A DNA stretch of 64,000 nt from Veleropilina oligotropha (taxonomy: Eukaryota): assembly GCA_048128005.1 (NCBI GenBank), contig JBEUKZ010000065.1, forward strand, positions 310,001 through 374,000. The letters run 5' to 3'. Shown one piece after another: positions 63,646 to 64,000 of the stretch. Numbering within the stretch: position 1 is the stretch's first letter; the number at the start of each line of letters is the position of its first letter. The notes below the pieces were generated by a model. That model ran no database searches, was not told the origin of the DNA, and saw only the letters and a list, made by a program, of their open reading frames with translations. The position numbers and the translations under genes are program-made.

Positions 63646-64000
63646 ACGAGCCATTTTTCCGTGTCTGCTATCCATGGCCGTACATAATCTCTTTGATATA
63701 AAATCGTCTCTGAATTTGTTAAAAGTGATGTTCATTTCTTGTGAAGATGGCAAGCAGAATGTAAACAGTCTATATGCTGTAAAGAGTGATGTTCTTTTTA
63801 CTGTTAGGGCACTCCGATTCTAAGCCGCCAACAAAGGATAAAATAAATAAACATTCAGATTTTGCTTACGCATCCGCTGCACGGGATCAAGATCCGTTTA
63901 TATTAGAAAATTGTATCTCCGCGATTATATTAGCTGCATCCGCCAAAACACAAATGACGCGCATGGCGCTCAAGTGTCCTCTTTTCATATGCTCTTGCAT

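Overview
Repeat-rich eukaryotic DNA, most likely from an invertebrate animal (inferred from the intron-exon structure and transposon repertoire). The backbone is one minus-strand gene that I could splice by hand into 13 phase-consistent GT-AG exons (43097 down to 1574, about 700 aa): three Ig domains, an S/T-rich stalk, a TM helix and a tyrosine-kinase-fold domain. That domain lacks the catalytic HRD aspartate, the DFG motif and most of the G-loop, so it looks like a receptor pseudokinase. Its first exon and last kinase exon were not found in the window. The introns and upstream region hold a full-length but decayed DIRS1-type retrotransposon (ITRs, ICR, ATA crossover) with a 2069-bp tandem duplication of its 5' end, a Penelope-like element whose inverted terminal repeats carry G3-C8 variant hammerhead ribozymes, two CR1/L2-like LINEs (one with a 2A-like peptide and a PHD finger), Helentron-associated (HINE/DINE-like) elements, SINEs and a TIR element. 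There are also about 20 unrelated minisatellites. Several of these are in-place amplifications of functional local sequence, including three splice junctions of the receptor gene, which leaves dozens of decoy splice sites. No CRISPR, rRNA or true tRNA genes were found.
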